DNA of 32,000 nucleotides from Sinorhizobium meliloti (GTDB lineage Bacteria; Pseudomonadota; Alphaproteobacteria; Rhizobiales; Rhizobiaceae): NCBI RefSeq assembly GCF_017876815.1, contig NZ_JAGIOS010000001.1, positions 3,360,001 to 3,392,000 of the forward strand, read 5' to 3'. Shown piece by piece: positions 28,004 to 32,000 of this stretch (position 1 is its first letter; each line of letters starts with the position of its first letter). The notes under the pieces were generated by a model. It saw only the letters and a program-made list of their open reading frames with translations, ran no database searches and was not told where the DNA came from. The position numbers and the translations under genes were made by a program.

Positions 28004-28249
28004 TCAGCGGCGGGAAGGGGTGAGGAAGAGATCGAACCAGAGATCCTGCAGCCGCTCGCGCTCGAGGCCGTGCGTCGTGGCGATTTCAAGGAAGGTGCGA
28101 TCGGGCGTGGCGTAGCAGTCGAGCAGCGCGGAGCGCTCGGCAACAGTGAGATCATGGCCGCGAAGGGCGGCGATCGACACGGAGCTGGCGCGCTCATGGC
28201 ACGTGGCGGCATCGTGGCCGACAGGGAGGATGGCGAGCTGCGGCATCAT
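28004..28249 (-). CDS. Phage hypothetical protein (possible sigma-region-4/LuxR-like HTH)
   Basis: 81 aa from the ATG at 28249 (MMPQLAIL..LTVAERSALLDCYATPDRTFLEIATTHGL). That start forms an ATGA overlap with the upstream micro-ORF. The tracked ORF starts 27 nt further upstream. Confidence 0.5.
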   Translation of the reverse strand: MMPQLAILPVGHDAATCHERASSVSIAALRGHDLTVAERSALLDCYATPDRTFLEIATTHGLERERLQDLWFDLFLTPSRR

Positions 28250-28419
28250 ACCTTCGCGTCCGACGCGAACTGCCATTCCTTTCGGAAAGCCGTGGTGCCG
28301 GCCAGCGCGGCTGACATCAGGAACGCGATCGAGAGCGCGAGGATGGCGCAGGCGAGGAAGAAGCGATTGGGGCAGGCTTCGAGCCGCGCCTTGTTATGTC
28401 CGGTGAAACGCTCAGTCAT
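28246..28419 (-). CDS. Small membrane protein (57 aa), not in the ORF track
   Basis: My translation is MTERFTGHNKARLEACPNRFFLACAILALSIAFLMSAALAGTTAFRKEWQFASDAKV, with one clear TM helix. ATGA overlaps at both ends. Confidence 0.4.
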   Translation of the reverse strand: MTERFTGHNKARLEACPNRFFLACAILALSIAFLMSAALAGTTAFRKEWQFASDAKV

Positions 28420-28538
28420 GGCCAGAGGCTCCAGAGCAGGATCAGGTGAAGGTGAAGGGGAAGGGTGAAGACGAGGCCGCCAAGCGCGCCTCGCATGACC
28501 ACAAGTGGGGGCAGCTCAGGGCGGCGCTCCACGGCTCG

Positions 28539-28772
28539 TCACTTCACCGGTGCGGGAATATCAGCGCCGGCGCCGTTACTATTGTCGATGGCGATCGGAG
28601 CGATGATCGGATCTACTGCGAGCCGCTGCCCATCGAACCACTTTGGCTCTTTGTCGGGGTTCCGAGGCGACAAAAGGTATTGGTCGCAACCGGTTATGTA
28701 TTCCGCATGGCCAGTCACCACGCCTGCAAAGTTCGTGATGCAGTCCTTCGCGAAGGATCCAAGCTTTATCAT
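28539..28772 (-). CDS. Phage hypothetical protein
   Basis: 77 aa from the ATG at 28772 (MIKLGSFAKDCITNFAGVVTGHAEYITGCDQYLL..). GGAGA lies 8 nt upstream. Confidence 0.55.
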   Translation of the reverse strand: MIKLGSFAKDCITNFAGVVTGHAEYITGCDQYLLSPRNPDKEPKWFDGQRLAVDPIIAPIAIDNSNGAGADIPAPVK

Positions 28773-28865
28773 TTCGGAAATCTCCGGAGAGTTCTTCGGG
28801 GGCCGGCAAGCGCGCCGCGCATGAACCACAGGGATCCACGGCGACGCGCCCTCTTCGTCATGACG

Positions 28866-29048
28866 CTACGCCGCGTGGGCCATGACGGTGGCCAGCTCGG
28901 TGGCTTTGGAGCCAAAGAGCGTGATCTGCCGCTCGGTGAAGCCTTTCAGGATCAGGTCGTGATCCGTGCAGCCCTCGCCGATGGTGCGCATCGCCTCGGC
29001 CATGCGCTCAATGGTGTTTCTGGTGTGAATTCCGCCGTTCGGTTGCAA
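28866..29048 (-). CDS. First small ORF of the leftward early operon
   Basis: The tracked ORF start (29141) lies upstream of the predicted PL-like promoter. A TTG at 29048 has GGAGA 5 nt upstream. An alternative ATG is at 29003. Confidence 0.4.
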   Translation of the reverse strand: MQPNGGIHTRNTIERMAEAMRTIGEGCTDHDLILKGFTERQITLFGSKATELATVMAHAA

Positions 29049-29113
29049 CGTTCGTCTCCGGGTTAGAGGATGAACCCCCTGGGCGACATTCGCGCTTCGA
29101 GGGACGAAACGAA

Positions 29114-29164
29114 ATATTGCCAAATAGGCAAATGTGGTCAAGAGGGAATTTGCCTATTTGGCAA
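29114..29164 (-). promoter_or_regulatory. Left operator/promoter (OL/PL-like)
   Basis: TTGCCAAATAGGCAA at 29117-29131 and its inverse TTGCCTATTTGGCAA at 29150-29164, centres 33 bp apart. They flank a minus-strand CTTGAC (29142-29137), with CAATAT 17 nt downstream (29119-29114). Confidence 0.7.
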
Positions 29165-29258
29165 TTTCCATGAGGGAGGCCGTTCGGCTGTTGCAGAAGT
29201 TAGTCCGGAATACAGAGTTGTGGTAAGCGGGCGGGGATCCACTTTCAGGAGATTCGGC

Positions 29259-29543
29259 GTGCTCGCGACATTGGCCATCATCGTTCTGGCTGCTTCAGGT
29301 CCTTCTCCGACTTGCGTCGCGGCTGCACATCGGTTTACGAGTTTTCTTGTCGAGGAGGCGAAAGGGACCAGGCATGAGGCGCAAATAAAGGCTTCAACGG
29401 AAGCAGCCGGCGGCCTCGACAAGAAGGTCCATGAGCTAGCGGCTTCCATGGATGAAGATCGCTGCGCTTTCATACTTGCGGCTCCGGATAGCACGGTAAG
29501 AGCGCTGGCAATTGCCGCGCTTCCGGAGCGGAACGGCAAATGA
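29259..29543 (+). CDS. Small hypothetical protein with hydrophobic N-terminus (probably exported), translationally coupled to the nuclease gene
   Basis: GTG at 29259 with AGGAGA 7 nt upstream, giving (V)LATLAIIVLAASGPSPTCVAAAH... (94 aa). The stop TGA overlaps the nuclease ATG (ATGA at 29540-29543). An upstream GTG near 29223 is an alternative start. Confidence 0.5.
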   Translation: MLATLAIIVLAASGPSPTCVAAAHRFTSFLVEEAKGTRHEAQIKASTEAAGGLDKKVHELAASMDEDRCAFILAAPDSTVRALAIAALPERNGK

Positions 29544-30016
29544 AACTGGGGATCATCTTAGTTCTGGCCAGTGCCGGAATAGCAGATCCGGTTTCGATCA
29601 CGGGGCGCGCTTCGATCGTGGACGGGGACACGATAGAGATTCAGGGGCGCCGTGTAAGGCTCAATGGTGTAGATGCGCCCGAGACTCGCCAGCTTTGCAA
29701 AGACGAGAAGGGCAAGTCCTACCGCTGCGGGAAGATAGCTGCGGATGCTCTGGATGGCTTTCTAGCCTCATCGCGCCCGACGACTTGCCGAATACTAGGA
29801 AACGACCGCTATCGCCGTTTGGTAGGCTCTTGTTACCGCGCAGACGGGCCGAAGTTGCCGCTTGGATGGTGCGCCACGGTCATGCACTTGACTGGCCACA
29901 GTACTCCCAAGGGCCCTATGCCGCAGAGGAAGCAGCAGCAAAGAATAACCGTGCCGGTGTTTGGCGAGGTACATTCGCCCCCCCCTTGGCAATGGCGGAA
30001 GGCAAGCCGCCGTTAG
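29540..30016 (+). CDS. Staphylococcal-nuclease (SNase/thermonuclease)-like exported nuclease; the central part is apparently out of frame
   Basis: Signal peptide MKLGIILVLASAGIA, then VDGDTIEIQGRRVRLNGVDAPE..CG..DRYRRLVGSCY, the N-terminal SNase motifs. The expected continuation EVAAWMVRHGHALDWPQYS..AAEEAAAKNNRAGVWRGTF is in the +1 frame (tracked ORF 29512..30057). The C-terminal PWQWR is back in frame. Confidence 0.7.
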   Translation: MKLGIILVLASAGIADPVSITGRASIVDGDTIEIQGRRVRLNGVDAPETRQLCKDEKGKSYRCGKIAADALDGFLASSRPTTCRILGNDRYRRLVGSCYRADGPKLPLGWCATVMHLTGHSTPKGPMPQRKQQQRITVPVFGEVHSPPPWQWRKASRR

Positions 30017-30678
30017 CCGGAAGCAGTCATTTTCTGTACCATACGCTGTCGAGCTGAAGGCGTGAGCTTTTTCCATTGGCCGCTGCGAATCACGGATTGG
30101 ATAGCGGCAACCCACACCAGGCGCACGCCTCTTATCGGCGGTGCATTGTGACTCTCTAGATCGAAGGTCCCTCGTTCTGCACCCTGCAGCACGCGCTTCA
30201 AGTAACGCTGCCCGGTGGCAGTCTTGACGGCCGCTTCCCAGCCCAAGACCTCCTCCACGACTACACCTTGGCGCCAGCAGATGATGATATCGCCGTCGTC
30301 GTAGCGAGGCCACATGGACTCGCCGGTCACCTCGAAAGCTATCGCGTCAGGGGGCAGCGGGAACGGCGTTTCGATTTCATAAAGCCCTTCAGGCGGGATC
30401 TGCTCTTCCTCCGGCAAAATTTCGGCTCCTGCTCCGATCCGGCCCATTACCCCAACTACATTGGGTGCTTTGACCGGCGCTTTTGCGAGGATGTCCTGCG
30501 CCGCCACATCGAATGCGTGTGCGAACAAGTTGAGGTTCTTGACCGAAAGGTTCCGCTCGCCGTTTTCGAGCCGCGACACATAGGACACGGAGAGGCCGGT
30601 CCTCTCTGCCAAATCTTCGATGGTCATGCTGCGTTCGTTGCGGAGTTCGTTTATGCGGTTTGGGTAACTTTTGTCCAT
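30013..30678 (-). CDS. CI/LexA-like phage repressor (XRE HTH plus S24 peptidase domain)
   Basis: 221 aa from the ATG at 30678: MDKSYPNRINELRNERSMTIEDLAERTGLSVSYVSRLENGERN. An Ala-Gly candidate cleavage site (RIGAGAE), catalytic GESMWP and a downstream LKR lysine are present. Confidence 0.88.
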   Translation of the reverse strand: MDKSYPNRINELRNERSMTIEDLAERTGLSVSYVSRLENGERNLSVKNLNLFAHAFDVAAQDILAKAPVKAPNVVGVMGRIGAGAEILPEEEQIPPEGLYEIETPFPLPPDAIAFEVTGESMWPRYDDGDIIICWRQGVVVEEVLGWEAAVKTATGQRYLKRVLQGAERGTFDLESHNAPPIRGVRLVWVAAIQSVIRSGQWKKLTPSARQRMVQKMTASG

Positions 30679-30765
30679 ATGGCAAATTTCCAAAGTTTGA
30701 CAAAGAACTCCATGGCCATATAGGCAAAAACTCCTTGACTGCGTTTTGCCTATTTGGCAACTTCA
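30679..30765. promoter_or_regulatory. Right operator/promoter region (OR, PR-like and probably PRM-like)
   Basis: Operators at 30746-30760 (TTGCCTATTTGGCAA, exact), 30713-30727 (TGGCCATATAGGCAA, 2 mismatches) and a weak one at 30679-30693. Plus-strand CTTGAC at 30734-30739 lies between the first two, with CAACTT 18 nt downstream. Confidence 0.7.
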
Positions 30766-30769
30766 GCGT

Positions 30770-31021
30770 ATGGATGCTTTGTCAACTTACCTCAGCGAGA
30801 CGGGCGAGCGGCTATCGGCCTTTGCCGTGCGCATCGGCCGTTCTCCGAGCACACTGTCGCGCGCGCTTTCTGGCCAGCGGGATCCGAGTGTCGATCTTGC
30901 GCGAGATGTCGAGAAAGGTACCGCCGGTCGTGTCACAAAACTCCAATTCCTCGAATTGTGCCTTTCGGCGCAAGACCCAGTCGCCATGTCGCGTCGTCAG
31001 ACGCGGGAGGCGGCGGAATGA
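30770..31021 (+). CDS. Cro/Ner-like small HTH regulator
   Basis: 83 aa from the ATG at 30770: MDALSTYLSETGERLSAFAVRIGRSPSTLSRALSGQRDPS. Divergent from the repressor. Confidence 0.7.
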   Translation: MDALSTYLSETGERLSAFAVRIGRSPSTLSRALSGQRDPSVDLARDVEKGTAGRVTKLQFLELCLSAQDPVAMSRRQTREAAE

Positions 31022-31077
31022 TGTTCCCCCAGCAAGGCACCGGTCTCCTCCTCCCAACTGGCGACCTTGCCACTTGG

Positions 31078-31119
31078 CAGGGACGCGCCCGATTTCGGCG
31101 CGTCCCTGTCTCTGTTTTT
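31078..31119 (+). terminator. Strong Rho-independent terminator downstream of the cro-like gene
   Basis: 12-bp perfect stem CAGGGACGCGCC / GGCGCGTCCCTG with a 7-nt loop, then TCTCTGTTTTT. Confidence 0.8.
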
Positions 31120-31239
31120 CCCTCTGCCTATCCATGCGGCCCTCCTTGATCTGATGGGCTACCCTAAGCCGCCGGCGCGCGGCCTTCACGGAATCCTTTC
31201 GTTTGATTTTTTCCTTGACCCAAACTCAGGGGTGTTTTC

Positions 31240-31695
31240 GTGCGTGCAATTTCTGACGAACATGCATCCATCATCAAGGCCGCTACGGCTGCGGCTTTCG
31301 AGGCGCTCGGCGGAGTTAGCCGGGCAGCCGAGGCGCTCGGCGTCGCCTCCTCGACGCTGAGCAAATATGCCTCCACCGGCGAGGAATGGCGCGACAGCTT
31401 CATCCGCCTCGATCTTGCCGTCGAACTAGACCGGCGGTGCGATCATCCTTTCCTGCTCACTGCCATGTCGCGGATCGTGAAAGACGAGCGCGTTTCGAGC
31501 TTCGGCGCGGTCACCGCCAGCGCAGTCCTGCGCCTGGATGGCGTTCTCGACGATGTCGTACGTGCCGTCGCCGCGGCGCTCGAAGATGACGATCACATCG
31601 ACGCTGCGGAACGACAAGCTATCCGCAACCGCATCGTTGCGGCTCAACAATATCTGGCCCGCCTCGACGCCATGATGATGGCGGGTGCCCGCTGA
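31240..31695 (+). CDS. Phage hypothetical protein, possible CII-like/HTH regulator
   Basis: GTG start with AGGGGTG upstream; 151 aa. The segment GGVSRAAEALGVASSTLSKYAS looks like an HTH. Confidence 0.55.
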   Translation: MRAISDEHASIIKAATAAAFEALGGVSRAAEALGVASSTLSKYASTGEEWRDSFIRLDLAVELDRRCDHPFLLTAMSRIVKDERVSSFGAVTASAVLRLDGVLDDVVRAVAAALEDDDHIDAAERQAIRNRIVAAQQYLARLDAMMMAGAR

Positions 31696-31916
31696 TGCAT
31701 GGCAAACCCAAGAACTCAATCAAGACGGTGACGGCGATCTGCGCACTGTTGCCGGACGACCCGGAAGCTGCCGTCAGCCTTGTCACAGTTGCCTGCGCTG
31801 CTGCCGCCATCACGGCCGGGCTCGACGACGAGGCAACGGTACACGGCCTGCGCGCGGCGCTTATATCCATGCGGGAAAACGGGTTCGGCGACATTGGTCG
31901 CAAGGGGGTGCACTGA
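31695..31916 (+). CDS. Phage hypothetical protein
   Basis: 73-aa ORF. Its ATG overlaps the upstream stop by 1 nt. Confidence 0.45.
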   Translation: MHGKPKNSIKTVTAICALLPDDPEAAVSLVTVACAAAAITAGLDDEATVHGLRAALISMRENGFGDIGRKGVH

Positions 31917-32000
31917 TGGAGCGCGCCACCCTTTCCCCCACGCGCTGGACTGCCAGTGGGCCGGTCGGGCCGCGCGGCATCGCATTGTTGCGGCGGGTGC
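31916..32000 (+). CDS. Phage ORF, 5' fragment running off the window
   Basis: The ATG at 31916 overlaps the upstream TGA by 1 nt. It reads MERATLSPTRWTASGPVGPRGIALLRR and is open to the edge. Confidence 0.35.
   Translation, partial: MERATLSPTRWTASGPVGPRGIALLRRV

Larger units (their letters stand above)
25600..32000. mobile_element. Lambdoid-type prophage segment (left part); the right boundary lies outside the window
   Basis: CI-like/Cro-like divergent pair with shared operators. A leftward operon of small overlapping ORFs includes HNH and DUF4326 genes. An AT-rich repeat-bearing segment sits at 25596-25682. The left boundary is approximate. No integrase was seen. Confidence 0.8.

Noticed and set aside
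29512-30057. Independent 181-aa gene overlapping the nuclease ORF.
   Set aside because: Its N-terminal two thirds are low-complexity Arg/Ser/Gly text. Only the segment EVAAWMVRHG..VWRGTF is meaningful, and that is the displaced middle of the SNase-like gene. It is therefore interpreted as a frame-shift signature, not a separate gene.
30013-31021. Mu-like transposable phage, with the repressor/ner pair at an element end.
   Set aside because: About 5 kb of phage genes, including a long leftward operon with its own operator and promoter, lie to the left of the repressor. That fits a lambdoid immunity region rather than a Mu-type left end. No transposase is visible in the window.

Overview
High-GC alphaproteobacterial chromosome, most likely Rhizobiaceae (Sinorhizobium/Ensifer-like). 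That assignment is an inference from gene content and RIME-like intergenic palindromes. Positions 1-23,900 are conserved housekeeping genes: a partial ABC substrate-binding protein, ialB-family, hspQ, glnA-glnB with a sigma54/NtrC-type control region, nnr, gpt, cinA-like, wrbA, a patch of small orphan ORFs, a YciI-family gene, tRNA-Leu(UAA), trkH, ilvA, cpdB-like nucleotidase, the Lrp/ald divergent pair, DUF1203, GNAT, sseA, alaX, cysK and an SDR. The accessory part starts near 23,850. A vapBC (AbrB-type antitoxin / PIN toxin) cassette is flanked by a duplicated 3' end of a paired-SMR efflux operon. From about 25,600 to the window end lies a lambdoid-style prophage segment. It has a CI-like HTH-S24 repressor and a divergent Cro-like gene. 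A 15-bp palindromic operator recurs at two promoter regions 1.6 kb apart. A tightly overlapped leftward early operon of about 12 small genes includes HNH and DUF4326 genes. The most interesting locus is a two-gene insert between the left operator and the repressor, encoding a small exported protein and an exported staphylococcal-nuclease-like protein. The conserved core of that nuclease is read out of frame between two homopolymer tracts. No integrase, CRISPR array or rRNA is visible. All calls rest on reading the sequence and ORF translations by eye; no database search was run.
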